Under the pieces are notes generated by a model. It was not told the origin of the DNA. It saw nothing but the letters and a program-made list of their open reading frames with translations, and made no database searches. The translations under genes were made by a program, and so were the position numbers. A DNA stretch of 61,537 nucleotides, filler included, from Circinaria calcarea (taxonomy: Eukaryota), in assembly GCA_051942165.1 (NCBI GenBank). It is 6 parts of 6 records of this genome, joined end to end, with 100 filler letters (N's around TTAATTAATTAA, not from the genome) between each part and the next. Parts side by side here need not be neighbours in the genome. Positions count along the whole stretch, not along the records: positions 30,837 to 41,009 come from JAVECS010000836.1; positions 41,110 to 51,273 come from JAVECS010000837.1; 4 more parts are not named here. One strand, given 5' to 3'. Shown one piece after another: positions 36,036 to 48,406 of this stretch. Every line of letters starts with the position of its first letter. Position 1 is the stretch's first letter.

Positions 36036-37364
36036 ATGTTCCTTACCATGCCACTATCGGCAAGAGCAAGGGCCCTTGCTCCCTTGATACTTATTTCCCT
36101 ATCAATCACTGTCTGTATCACCTACTTTACGGCTATTCCCAAGTCATTCAACAAAAACAGCCCTTTTTGGATATTGTCTACGCCCTCACATTTACCAGCG
36201 CCTAAGCCATCCACTTCACCTTCTGTCGCCGAATCCACGCCATCTCCGCGCTACAAACCACCGCCAGTCCGTCACCCTCCACTCAAAGAGAACTTTCCCC
36301 TCGCCAGTCACGCCTCATCGCCTACCGACCTCCCACCTATACCGACATGGAACGTCCCGCCAAACCCACATCTCAGACGAGATACACCCGTCTTCATCGG
36401 CTTCACGCGAAATTGGTTCATCCTCCAACAAGCCGTGGTGTCCTACTTGACCGCCGGCTGGCCTGCTTCAGATATCTATGTCGTCGAAAACACCGGCACG
36501 CAGTCTTCCAACCGTGATAATCTTCTCACGCCGCAAAACCCATTCTACCTTGACTACCACCGGCTTACCAAGGTCTTCGGCATCAACATTGTCTCCACAC
36601 CGGCGTACTTGACCTTTTCCCAGCTGCAGAATTTTTTCATCTGGTACTCGGGCGAAAAAGGTTGGGACTATTATTTCTGGAGCCACATGGATGTTGTCGC
36701 CTTGAGTGATGAAACCTACACCGATGAAGAGACGGGCGAGGACAAATCACTATACCTTCGCGCTGTAGATACCCTCAACGAAACCCTTTCTCCCAATTAC
36801 GGTAAATGGGCTATTCGATTATTTGCCTATGATAGGCTGGCCTTAGTCAACCGGAACGCATACATGGACGTCGGCGGCTGGGATCCCATGATCGGTTACT
36901 ATGGCACCGACTGTGACATGCACGAGCGTCTCGCAATGAAAGGCTACGAATGGGTGGATGCACACGTCGGATTGGTATATGATATCGGCAGCTCCCTGGA
37001 CGATCTCCTGGTCCTCTACCGTCAGAACACCACCCGCTCTTCCTCCAACACCAAACCCAACTCAAACCCAACCCCAGACACTCTGGCCTCGCTAACCTAC
37101 CACAATCTCACACACACCCTCGATGCGATGCAATCCTGGAAAAACGCCAACATCGAAGGCCGCAACATCTGGCAGAAGGCCCAGAGCGGCGGTCAGGGGG
37201 AAGCCTTTTACATCGACCCGGATGGCTTTGACACGGCGCTGTGGAAAACGGTGGAGCTGGGGAAGGAGGTCATGGAGAACAAATGGGGCCATCGAGGATG
37301 TGGGCTTAGGGAAGCAGGATTGCACACGGGGGACGCGTGGAGGGTGGAGAAGGATTGGGAGTAA
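36036..37364 (+). CDS. Type II membrane glycosyltransferase-like (GT-A fold) protein
   Basis: N-terminal TM helix, Pro-rich stem, then IGFTRNW, IYVVENTG, YFWSHMDV, FAYDRLALVN and VGGWDPMIGYYGTDCDM. Confidence 0.72.
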   Translation: MFLTMPLSARARALAPLILISLSITVCITYFTAIPKSFNKNSPFWILSTPSHLPAPKPSTSPSVAESTPSPRYKPPPVRHPPLKENFPLASHASSPTDLPPIPTWNVPPNPHLRRDTPVFIGFTRNWFILQQAVVSYLTAGWPASDIYVVENTGTQSSNRDNLLTPQNPFYLDYHRLTKVFGINIVSTPAYLTFSQLQNFFIWYSGEKGWDYYFWSHMDVVALSDETYTDEETGEDKSLYLRAVDTLNETLSPNYGKWAIRLFAYDRLALVNRNAYMDVGGWDPMIGYYGTDCDMHERLAMKGYEWVDAHVGLVYDIGSSLDDLLVLYRQNTTRSSSNTKPNSNPTPDTLASLTYHNLTHTLDAMQSWKNANIEGRNIWQKAQSGGQGEAFYIDPDGFDTALWKTVELGKEVMENKWGHRGCGLREAGLHTGDAWRVEKDWE

Positions 37365-38028
37365 GGGGAGGCTTCTCTAAGCTGGCGCCGCGGATACCCG
37401 TGCAGGGCACTCACATGGTAGGATTTTCTATACCCGGTACCCCTGCATCCACCACTTGTTCACTGGATTAAAAAAAAATTAAAAATTTCACCTACGATAT
37501 CGCACTTCCAGTCGAAAGCTACCAACCCTCAGAAAAACCGCCCACTGTTCCCCCATCCTCACGATCGATAACACCCCCGCCCAACCCAATCCAAAACCAC
37601 CTCATGCACCAAAAACGAGAAATATCATGCCGGAAAATCCATGGGCAAAAATACCAGACATTTTTCTGCGTTGCAACAAAGCCATTGATTGGCACGATGA
37701 GGGATGGGACCAGTAAAGGAACCGTAATAGTTCCGGGATTCGAGATTGATTCTTCGAACGCGAACGTGAAAGGGTGTCAGGGGTTGTAGGGGAATGGGGA
37801 GTCCAGGGATGGGGATGGGGAGTGGGAGGACGGAGGTTCTTCCCTCCACCAGGTTGTAGGGAAGGATACACGAAGGCGCTGGTCTATCTCGACTCGACTC
37901 TACTCTACTACTCTACTCTCTAGGAGATCTTAAGATATTTGATTCACAGCAGTTGGACGAACAGCATTTCTCCAGCTGTGGTTTCGCTGATTCGTTGAGG
38001 ACTTTTGAAGTGGACCGCCTGCAGTCCT

Positions 38029-39194
38029 CTAACTTCCCTTGATACTTGCAATCTTCCGCTCCCTCAACCCCTTCGTTCCTCTCCCCCTTTCCTCCCCCTT
38101 CTTCCTCCTCCACTGCCACTCCACCAGCACCGGCAAAAAGGTCCACAGGTCGAATTCCGGCCACAGGCATTTCAGGAATACAATCTCCGTGTTTTCATGA
38201 CACTGCCACAGCATGAAGTCGCTTAGCCTCTCTACTCCCGAGGTTCTAACCAGAAGCTCTAATGGGGGATTGTCGGCTGTAAACATGTGCGAGTTGAGGA
38301 CTTCGGAGGTAATGAATTCGGGATCGGGGTATATAGGTTGCAGTTTTTGATCAAAGTCATCCGAGGGTAAGTGGAGATCAGGAGGAGAGTCGGGATGTAG
38401 AGTTGTCGAGGAGGAAACGGTCGAATCTTCGGTGTCTGAAGTTGCACCGGAAGATGGAGAATCCGTTCGTAGATGAGAGGCGGCGGAAAGATGTCTGGAG
38501 CGGATGGTGTGGGCGATGTGGGTTTCCGAGAAGGGTCGAGGTTGTTGCGGTGGTGGCAGGATAGGTCGCGAATATTCGTACACGGTATCACGGATCGCTG
38601 TAGTGATTTCATTCCGCGAAGTATATGGGATACAGACGTTCAGTATCGCATCCCGATTTGCGCTCGTCAGTTTCACGGCCCGGTCGATAGTCTCCAGCAC
38701 ATCTGGCTTCAGGAGTTCGCGCTGGCCGAGGATCCGTATGCTGGCACCGTAGCGGTCTAGAAGGTCTCCATGCTGGGCCAGTTGAGAGAGCTTCACCTTG
38801 GCCATGGACATGAGAGCGTCCACTTCGTATTGCGACCGTTTGAAGTTCTCGATGCTGAATGCGTATATCGTCACCACTTTGACTCCTGACTTGTAGCAAA
38901 CCTCGAGGATCTGAGCGGCGATGACTAGGTCAGCAATAGGACCGAATTCTGATCCTGTAGACCGTTACATACCCTAGCCAGAGCCTCGAACCCCAAACTA
39001 TGTCCCTCCACCGTTTCGATCTGGTGATTTCTCGCGAACCTCCTGTTCCCATCCATGACGAATGCCACATGTTGAGGGACCGGACCTTGGCGTAGGGCGC
39101 CGACGAGAAGCTCCCGAAGCTGCATGATAGCCCATTCGGCGGGTGGTGACTGAAGGAGCCATTTGCGTATGTGAGAGAGGTGCATCGATGGCAT
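38029..39194 (-). CDS. RER2: cis-prenyltransferase / dehydrodolichyl diphosphate synthase
   Basis: [16 protein letters not shown], one intron (~38912-38970), [32 protein letters not shown] and LWPEFDLW. Confidence 0.93.
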
Positions 39195-40505
39195 GTTGAT
39201 GTAACTAAGAAACGTGTACTTAGGTTGGGAAATCTCAATTGGCTATGCACGCAGCAAACATAAAGCGGGACGACTTCTCAAGACGGTCGGGGATTATATA
39301 GGGTCCATGTTCCTCCGTATCTACCATTCGCTATTGAAGAGCAGCGCCAGTGATGCTCCTCTCAACAACTATAAAATCCGTCGGGCAATACCAAGTTTAT
39401 GACGTCGATTCTATAGAAGAGCTTGGGCCAGCTAGCAGCCCTGCAGGGCGGCAGTCGGGACCGGTGCGGATATACCCGCGGCAGATAGAACCTCCCCGCT
39501 ACGAGCAAGACTCTGAGGTAGTCGAAGCTCTCCGAATATGGCTTTGTTATTCGTGACAGAGATCGTCTCAGGGGATCAACTGTTGAAGCCACCAGACTAA
39601 CTAGGGACTACTATCTTACGTCGCGACCGATCAGGAGCAACGTGCATGGGTCTTACGGTCCACATTGAATACAACTCGACTACGACCGGCTGGGCAAGAT
39701 CAACCAGACTGTAAGGGGAAACCCTGAGGCTGATGTTGCATGGCATAGACGGGTTTGTCCAAGACATCTTTCAAAAATGTATAGAGTTAGGCGTATCCAA
39801 GATTAATATCAATCAAGGTACCCTAAACTTGCACGGGTAATTTCTTATATACTGATGTCCGGCACAAAGTAACGAACAAGAACTATACGGCCCTGCAAAG
39901 GGAAGGCAACTTGGGCCTCACCGCCTTGATGGAGAAAGGGACGCAAGAAATGCAAATGGTGGTCGAAGGAATATGTAATGGACGAAATGGGGTCCACTGG
40001 GAAGAGCTTAGCTAGCAATCTCCAAGGGAATTCCCACTCTAATTCAAATCAATATATACTCTTCTGTCGTGCGAAGTCGGGAGGAGAGCTCCTACCTCCT
40101 AATATCGACATTAGAAAACTCCGTTAGTAAAGACTGTTGCGGGCGACGGGTCGAGGAATATGTTTGCGAAACGTAGATTGAAGCTCGGATACCACAAGTG
40201 GGACTTAGGGGAGGACTGAACGTCGAAGAGGGAGCAAAATCAACAATGACCTATCTTGTAAAGCTATCACAATTCTCATCAGAGCTCTAGTCGTAAAATG
40301 GTCCCTAAATTACAGTGCAGAGGAGATTTTCCATCAACAGCGCCAAGAGCAAAGCAGTACCAACCACTTTTCTCCCTGTTTCCCCTTTTTCCAGAGTGCC
40401 GTATGAGTCGCTATCCATCGCGTTGTCCCAATGTACGTAGCAATAATTTTTCCGCAGCCAAAACAAAGCGGTATTAAGATGCCCAGAAAGTGACCCCTAC
40501 ATCAT

Positions 40506-41009
40506 TCACCTCTTGAACATGTAATGTCCATACAAACCCCCGACTTCCGTATACGAGACTGGAATCTTCCTTGATCCCCACCATATCGCCCCCATCTTCC
40601 AGCTTCTCCTTCCCCGCGTACCGCCTTCTGCATCCTGTCTTGGCTCTCTGACGTACCAAGCCCGTCTCCCGAGCTCTTTGACAACCCATCCGAGCCGCTT
40701 GTTCGTATTCGTACATCCCCGGAGCGCCGAGATGGCCTTCTCACCAAGCTCGAGAACTTCTAATGGTGCGGTTATGGAACTGAGGAGGATGCAAGTGCTA
40801 CTAAAGAGAGATAACTGGGTTATAGAAGCGATGCCAGTCAGGTCTAGGTAATGAAGCGTGGACGGTATCCAGCTGGCCTCTTCTCTTGACATTCCATCAT
40901 TCGAGCCTTGTTGTGGTACAAACAACGCAGTGACGTCTTGCATTGAGAATTCAGCATAGCCAATACCAAGTTCCTCCAGGTGCTTCGTCAGTGGTAAAAG
41001 CAGCGATCG
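40506..41009 (-). CDS. Leucine-rich repeat protein (YLR352W-like), 3' part only
   Basis: LEELGIG, LHYLDLTG and LEVLEL repeats, ending in the conserved tail SWKMGAIWWGSRKIPV...VGGLYGHYMFKR*. Confidence 0.75.
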   Translation of the reverse strand, partial: RSLLLPLTKHLEELGIGYAEFSMQDVTALFVPQQGSNDGMSREEASWIPSTLHYLDLTGIASITQLSLFSSTCILLSSITAPLEVLELGEKAISALRGCTNTNKRLGWVVKELGRRAWYVREPRQDAEGGTRGRRSWKMGAIWWGSRKIPVSYTEVGGLYGHYMFKR

Positions 41010-41109
41010 NNNNNNNNNNNNNNNNNNNNNNNNNNNNNNNNNNNNNNNNNNNNTTAATTAATTAANNNNNNNNNNNNNNNNNNNNNNNNNNNNNNNNNNN
41101 NNNNNNNNN
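41010..41109. other. Artificial contig linker
   Basis: 44 N + TTAATTAATTAA + 44 N. Confidence 0.98.
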
Positions 41110-42323
41110 GGAGTAAAAAAGAGGGGGGGGGGGTGAAAAAGGGCTTCCCCCCCTTTGGTTTGCTTGTTTTATTCCGTTTTATTTTTTGTTTTTAAATATC
41201 CCCTATCCTATCCTATGTCTCACCGTACGATCCCCTCACCCGTTGAGGACTCTGGAGTCTTAAGTCTCAACTCCAGTCTCAACTCAAGAGCGTTGTACCT
41301 TGTTCGTTTCTTGTCTGCCCTGTTTTTCTCTTTCTCTAATTTTCCCCTGGGTGGGGGAGGAAAGGTTACTCCGGTGTGTGGCTAAATGCATCAGGAATCG
41401 AGTCGAGGATTATATTCCCAGACACAGTTTCCCACACCAAGGACCCCCTGCGGGGAGTGTCAAAGTAGAACGAACCGGCCGTGAGCGTTTATTTCTCTTC
41501 TTAGTTAGATATCTTATCTACCAACAACGACCGAACTCACATTCGCATTGTCAACAGCCCCACTTGTCACTCGGCAGACCCGAACAAGAATCCAGCTTCC
41601 CCTTTCCCTTTCGCTTCCCCTCTCTTCCCTAGCCCACGCCACGCCACAAGAAAATTCTCTCCTAGTTTCAAGTTCCATCAAAGGAAGGTCTAAAGCCGCG
41701 CACACCCGGTTCGGTTGACTTATTCGACGAAGGAATCAAACCAAGAATATTTCCCAAAAAAGTCCAGCGGATGCCCCTAAGCTCGAATCTAGAGAAAGAA
41801 AATGAAGAAGGGAAAATAGGAAACAGGAAAATCGGAAATAAAGAGACGTGTGAAAAAGGCTGCTGGCTTTCGTTCCGGATCGGGCCTTTGATTCCTGAAC
41901 TGTAGAACCGCAGCTGCAGTTCCAGAACCGAAATCGAAAGCGAAAGCGAAAGCGAAAGCGAAAACAAAAGATGCGGGCGGTGAGATCAAGCGGAGAGATA
42001 TAGTTTTAAGTCTGGCGTGCAAGGGGTAAGGAGTGAGGGATGAGGAGATGAGGAAGGAAGGAGGGCGCTAGGAGGGAGAATGGGGGATCTGATGAGGGAG
42101 AGGGGTTTTCGAACCGGGTTTAACCCAAAGGAGAAAATGGAGTGCCGTATTGAGGAAATTGTCAAGAGAAACCCACTAAAACGAAGCAAAACATTCAAGA
42201 GAAGCGATTCCCCTCCCCCCCAAAAAAAGAAAAAGGGCCATGTAATCGCTTGGGGGAGTTTACTTGATCTAGTTCTGTAAATCTATCCGGATTTCCGCCC
42301 CATCATATCAATACCTGCCTACT

Positions 42324-43822
42324 TCACCTCAAAACAGCCTCGATGATACTTTCCACATCCTCCCTCCCCGTCCAAATCCTCTCAATCTCTAACCCCACCT
42401 CCCCGAGCAGTTCCCGCCACTGCCTCTCCGTCCTCTCCATCCCGCCCAGACTGGCCATCATGTTGAAATCCGACTGGACGGTGAATAGGCTGGCTCCCTG
42501 GAGCGGAACGACCATTTCGTCAAGCAGGAGCTTGGAATATCCCGGTTTCATGGCGGCGGCGAGGTGGCGCAGGATCGTGTGACAGAGGTCGGAATTCCAG
42601 TCGTGCAGGATATTGCGGAGGTAGTAGGTGCGTGCTCCTGAAGGTAGGATGTCAATATACGAGGAAAGAATTATCTGCAAGTAGGAGTAACGGGATGACC
42701 GGGACTCGTCTCGGAGCTTACCTTTGAGTGGTTGCGGTTGGAAAAAGTCATGTACCATTGCTTCCATACCTTTGGCTTCCTGGGCCTTGACTTGTTCGAT
42801 TGCACCGCTCAACTCTTGAAGTATCACTCGTCCTGGTAAATCGGGATATTTTGCCTTGAGAGCACGGCATTCATGACCTCCTGCGCCACCGATGTCGACG
42901 AAAAATACCGCATCAGTACTACCGGAGAATCCCTCTATTAATTGGGACTGCACCGGGTAAAAGTCCAACCAACTCGGACGACCTTCCCGCTGAGACGCCA
43001 TAAAGGTCATAAAGTCGCGTAACTCTTTCGGACGCTCGTTGAGGATTTGCCAAAAGGTTTTACCGGCCCCATAGTCTTTCTGTAAAGCGGTTTCCATGCT
43101 GTTCGAAGGGTTCCGATAACCCCTTTCGGCAAGCCGGGCAGGAACCTTTTGCCAAACGGGTAAGCGGGAGTCGGTGCTATGAATAAGGTCAGTCGGGCCT
43201 TACATTTCATCCCGGTGGCCCCGAAGGTTGTCGGGAGAAGTAGAATGAATGCGCACAAGAATCTTGCCATCGAGGTACCCTTGGGGGTTGTCAAGGCGCG
43301 GGATGTCTTTGAGGCAGAATAGGTTTCTGTATCGACTTCGTCAACTGCATAGATGGCGGCAAGGTTTCGCATCAAGCGGGCTTGCGGACCGTACCGAGAG
43401 TCAGTAACCTCCTTTGCAATGTAACTTTTAAGGAGACAAACGCGAGAAGAGTGGACACACCCAGCAGCGTGTAGTCGGCTCCGGTCTTTTCTGCCAACGC
43501 CTTGGTGGTTACTGGATCTGGGCTTTTCACTAGGATGTCGAAGATTCCCAGGTCAACAGCGATGCGAATCACAATGTTTCCCACGGGCTATACATGTTCA
43601 TGCGAATGAGCCACCGGTCTTGCGGCAGACAGCAGACTCTAACGACGGTATCCCTACCTGGTAGGCTAGACGGTCCACGATGTCTCCTTCGGTCTCGAGC
43701 TCAATCGCCAGCTTGCGTACGGCGTGCAATATTTGCAGCCTCGAGTCTCCTGAAGAGCGCTCGGTGACCTGCCTTCCCAAGGCATCCACCTGCTGAAGGA
43801 GGGCATGAACAGTTGTATCCAT
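42324..43822 (-). CDS. SAM-dependent O-methyltransferase (COMT/Methyltransf_2 type), multi-exon
   Basis: Dimerisation region IRIAVDLGIFDIL, SAM motif VDIGGAGGHE, and HDFFQPQP, YYLRNILHDW and GGMERTERQW. Confidence 0.92.
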
Positions 43823-45079
43823 GGCTAAAGATATTCATGAAAGGGAAAAGTAATTGGAAAACAAGTAAAGAAATACACGAATTTGATGTGCGGGAATCGC
43901 CAATTTGAATCTCTCCGTGAATCGGAGGAGAAGGAACTTCTCTCTTTTTTTTTTTCAGGAAAGAGTAGACGAGGGGAAGAAAATATGGGGCTCGCATGGC
44001 TGTGAGCAGCAGGGAAGTTATCTCGTCGCCCGTCGGAGCATCCCGACTGGCATATCCACTCCATCTCCAAGACCTCGATTGGCAATAGCGTGCTCGCGTA
44101 TCTGCACCCGTTTTCGTCCGCGAAAATAATCCGACCGTGACCGAGGATCATTGTGACCCTGTCGTTGCTTCTGGATCTGGTGGCGCATTCAAAGTTCAGG
44201 CTAGCCGGAGTAGCTCGGGCGGTTGGATCTCGCAAAGGAATCTTTTGCCAGCACATTTGTCCCTTCGTTGGGTGAGTTAATCTAAGCGAGGGCCCTCAAA
44301 AAGCCAAAAGTCTTCGGTGCTACCCAAATAACGCGATATCAAAACCATAATCGTGAGAAGTTAAACGGTACTAACCGCAACACATCAGGCCAATAACCTA
44401 TTGCACCAACGGATCTGACGGCAGATAGGCTCGACCGCATAGACATGTTATTCCTTTAATTTCCTTCGAATGACTGGACATAGAAACTCGAGGCTAACTC
44501 GAGTGGTGGGTGGTGAAATAGGAAATGCAGTGGATATTCGGGGCGCTACAGTGCAGAGGATGGAAAATATGGGATGTAGTAGATAAGGGTGAGAGGGGGA
44601 AGAGCACTCGATCCTATCAGCAGGCGGCCGAGGAGTGGTGAAACGACCTGGGTCGATGGGAGGCTATTACTGTTGAGGGTAACGGAGAGGTTTCTGTAGC
44701 TACCCAGGGGGGGGCCGGCGGCATCTTCTCTTGTCGAAATTCATTCCGTGCACTAAGCAGCAGAAAGCGGCGGGTTGCATAGAAACACTATTCGTCATGC
44801 ATACCGCTCCCGACTGGACCACTTAAGACTCCCTTTCTGGCTATTCGTGGGAATGCGGATTGGTAGTTGGGACCAGGAGCATCTCCATTCGAAGGGCGTC
44901 AGGGCTAGAGAACACACTCCAGTCGTTTCTGAATCTGCAAGGAGTAGGCACAATGGGAGGTTTGCCTAGTGTGGCGTCAGATGCACAACGACACGATATC
45001 GGAAACGGTCCGCCTTTCCGCACTACTTCGATGTATGGAAATGATACTGTAACGCTTTCGTAGGTGTAATTTCTGTTGT

Positions 45080-46008
45080 TCAGGGGAAACGAGACAAGGT
45101 AAGAGCAGCATAAGGATATGCTAAGATGGCAAGTGTCGAGTGAATCAGCTGTAATGTAAGCTGAACTTCGATGGTGGAAAGTGCTTGTGGTAGGGCTTTT
45201 GATAGTTGTCTGACCGAGATTTCTGCCGTCGATTTTGCGGAGATATTCTCTCTCCCACTTCTCATGCCTTCCTATACCCTTTTCTTAGTGTCTTCAATAG
45301 ATTATCTTTCAGCTTCCTTCTCCGCTTCCACCTTGGCCCAATATGTGTTTGCTGCTTTAGAGCTAGACTAGTCATGTTTCTGTTTAGTTTTGACAAGAGA
45401 TGGACAGGAGTTCCTGTGTGTACTCACCAGTGCCACCGCGGCACGTTCCCCTTTCTGCCCCTTTCCGGTGAGCTGCGCGAGCGGCTCAATCGTGGCCTTC
45501 CATGCCGAATCGGTGATCCGCCGGATGCCGGAGAGATGCGGGTTTACCTTGGGAAAATCCTGGGACGCAAATCGTATGTAATGATGTTGCTTAATGGCAT
45601 CAAGCTTGCCAAACACTCTGATTAACTGTACCACCTGGCCATCGATCTCCAGGGCTCTTGCAGTATTGATGGCCGCCTTATTCGGTATTTTGATTTCTTG
45701 GGCACAATATTTTCGAGGCCATTCAGTCGTGTTGAAGCATTTTCCATCTAATATCTGCTACACAGTTAGGTCTCCTTCACTTTGAAGTTGTGCAAGGATG
45801 TTACCTTCGACAGCGCTATCGTCTTCTTGTGCTTTGGTAGGGTATAGACCAGAGCTTTATAAGCATCGTCAATTTTAGCTTTGTCCATCAGGCTTGCATT
45901 TCGACGATTATGTCTAAAGACGTCCTCAACGAAGTGACGGTAACCCAGCGCACCGTTTCTGGTAATGTTATACGGTGGGATCTCCAAGGTTCGAATCTTG
46001 CTAGCCAT
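45080..46008 (-). pseudogene. Spliced orphan gene, possibly inactivated by premature stops
   Basis: MASKIRTLEIPPY...IALSK / ILDGKCFNTTEWP...AAVAL / SSSKAANTYW...EAER*SIEDTKKRV*EGMRSG... Two canonical introns; TAA (45302-45304) and TAG (45272-45274) interrupt an otherwise continuing frame. Confidence 0.5.
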
Positions 46009-46876
46009 CTCAAAGAGATAGCCGGTAAAAGATGTATGACTTGGCAAGAAGAGGTTCCATACACGTGTAAATAACGGCGTCCGGGTGTTGAATTGGAATG
46101 GCCAGTTTTGTAGGTGTATGGACTCTCTATCAATAAGATCGACCCTGCCCACCCCCACTTTTCTGCATCGATCGAAGCCCTTGCATGATTCAGAACGAAT
46201 CGAGTTTTGCTATCATACCCTACCCATTTATGCGTCTAATTATTTTGCCCTTGGGTGTACATAGACCTGTGCAGGGCGTTCGCGTTCACGTTCACGGCGG
46301 GATACCAAATTGCTGGAGGAGAACAGTCCATAGCCCGCGTCTTATCGGCAATTGCTTTACTGAGTTGCTTGCTGGGGTTCGACCTCGGTGAAGAAAGGGT
46401 CGATAGCACTGAGAGAGTGTGGTACACAGCATCTGACTTATAGCCACTGCATATGCATCGGCACTCGAAATAAGCTTCCCCACGCCAATGAAACCTGAAA
46501 GGCATTTGATGCAGGCGAGGAATGAGACATCTCCGAGAGGGAAGAAGCTCGCGTCGCTCAAAGGTTGGGTACTCAGATATACTTTTTAAGAGATATCTGT
46601 GCTATGATATGTTCCATCGCTCATCACGATCAGAATTGGTCACGAATGGAAAGATTGTATTTGTCTGCTGAACACTACAAGTATTCTATTCTATGACGCA
46701 AGCCGAGAGCCGGCGCTTGTATAACCGCGGTAAACTTAGTTTGATCGCTTGTCCTTTCGACCTCTTCCTCTTCATAGCCCAGCTTTGTATCACTATCTTT
46801 GTTGCCACTACCAGAACCTGCCACTTTCAATAGAGTAGATCTAGAGTTTGATAATGCAGACAAAATCCAAGCCCAA

Positions 46877-47992
46877 TTAAGTTGTACAACTTCCTTCACC
46901 TGCACCGGCCTTGCTCTTCGGAGTACGCTTGGTAGACCCTTCCCCATCCCCTATAGGTTTCCTAGAGACTTTGGGCTTTGGCGTAGCCTTAGCACTCCCA
47001 GCCTTCTTCACCTCATTTGCCTCCTTTGCCTTCTTTGCTTCCTTCTGCGCCTCCGCCTTGTTAACTTTAGCCGTCTCCTTCTCTGCCGCTTTGTATTCTC
47101 TCATGCGCTGTTGACCGGCTCCGCCTCGTACTTTTTCGAGACCTTGGGCAGATTTCTGGAGGAGTGGAAACGTCACAATCGCGGAGAAGACATCGCGGAC
47201 TTCGCGTGGCGTCTTGGAGTGTCTCTCGGCGAACGTGGCGAAAGGGAAGCTACTCTCGGCCTGTTGAGCTAGATCCGCGTACATCGCACTGGTCCAAATC
47301 TGCCTATATGCTTTTCGGGGAGTTGGCAGAGTTGACGTGCTGGTAGATGCGCTCTCTAGTTGCAGATGGCTGGCCTTCACGGAATTTTGTATCGGAGTAG
47401 GCGAGAGGGTTTGATCGCGCTGAGCAAGGTATTCCGATTCCGATGATAGGATAGCCTTTTTCTTTCCTGTAGTCGGCTCACTAAGCACTTGAGACGGATC
47501 ATTGTCCAGGCTCTGAGATGGTGACGACCAGAGTGCACGATTACGAGGCTGAATAGGACTCTCCGACGGACTTGCAGGGACGGTGCTAAGAGCATCATTG
47601 GGCTTCTGGCGCTTGTTCATTGCGGAATCTGTGGTTATTGGTTTGCGCTTCTTGCCGTTACTATCGTGCTCATTTAGCGTCCCATGTTGTTGTTGAGGAC
47701 GGTCGTCAGTTCGTCCAAGGCTACCCGTCTCCCTGTTTGCCCGAGACGATGCTGGCAATTCCATAGGACGTGAGGCTGAGGCAGGCATGTGAGGTCTAAT
47801 GAAAACATCGGTAAGAGGGGCTCGACGAACGGTATTTGGCGTAGATGGAGTGGCAGGTTCGGAGCGTTGAACTCTCTTCACGCTGATGACTTCGAGGGAC
47901 AAGGAGCGGGAACGCAAGCGGGAGCGCGAGATCGAGTCCATTGCCTCCGGGGTATCACCAGATAGCTCTGACTTGCTTGGACCTGGTTCCAT
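46877..47992 (-). CDS. Hypothetical protein with a disordered N-terminus and a possible Myb/SANT-like helical domain
   Basis: 371-aa ORF; IWTSAMYADLAQQAESSFPFATFAERHSKTPREVRDVFSAIV followed by a Lys-rich tail. Confidence 0.65.
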   Translation of the reverse strand: MEPGPSKSELSGDTPEAMDSISRSRLRSRSLSLEVISVKRVQRSEPATPSTPNTVRRAPLTDVFIRPHMPASASRPMELPASSRANRETGSLGRTDDRPQQQHGTLNEHDSNGKKRKPITTDSAMNKRQKPNDALSTVPASPSESPIQPRNRALWSSPSQSLDNDPSQVLSEPTTGKKKAILSSESEYLAQRDQTLSPTPIQNSVKASHLQLESASTSTSTLPTPRKAYRQIWTSAMYADLAQQAESSFPFATFAERHSKTPREVRDVFSAIVTFPLLQKSAQGLEKVRGGAGQQRMREYKAAEKETAKVNKAEAQKEAKKAKEANEVKKAGSAKATPKPKVSRKPIGDGEGSTKRTPKSKAGAGEGSCTT

Positions 47993-48406
47993 GCGTGCTT
48001 GGTCAGGATTTTACTTCAAATGCAGCGTACTCGACAAGATGAACGCTTGGCTTACCCGGCATGGTGATTGGAAACACTGAAGTAGCTGCTGATCGCGAAA
48101 CGGGATTAGGATCTGCCTCAGGCACTTGGCTCATTAGATCATTCGCTAGCAGTGAGAAACCATTTCTCGTATACTTACAGAAGCTAATTGCAGGCGCTCT
48201 CGTTGATGTCTCGTTTGGCTTGGTTACGTGAGAAGGATGCCCTAATACACGCCTTAGGTAGAGTAACTAATAGTAGATAGGTATTGTTACTTACCTAGAT
48301 CGGATTCTGCGTGCAAAGCAAGTCCAAATGGTTTAATTTTGCTTAAAGGTTCATCCATTCGGGGAGATGACAGTTCTGTAGCGGCTGAGGGTATCAGGAA
48401 AAGACC

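Noticed and set aside
38259..38560. Long Ser/Pro-rich insertion in Rer2
   Set aside because: A low-complexity loop between conserved regions. Similar insertions are, to my knowledge, usual in filamentous ascomycete orthologues.
41936..41966. (GAAAGC)n run, and similar short runs such as (ATTCCC)n near 35415
   Set aside because: Ordinary microsatellites with no further structure.
252..43822. A biosynthetic cluster made of the oxidoreductase, hydrolase, GST, prenyltransferase and O-methyltransferase
   Set aside because: The genes are on different concatenated contigs, no backbone enzyme is present, and the cis-prenyltransferase is the housekeeping Rer2 type.
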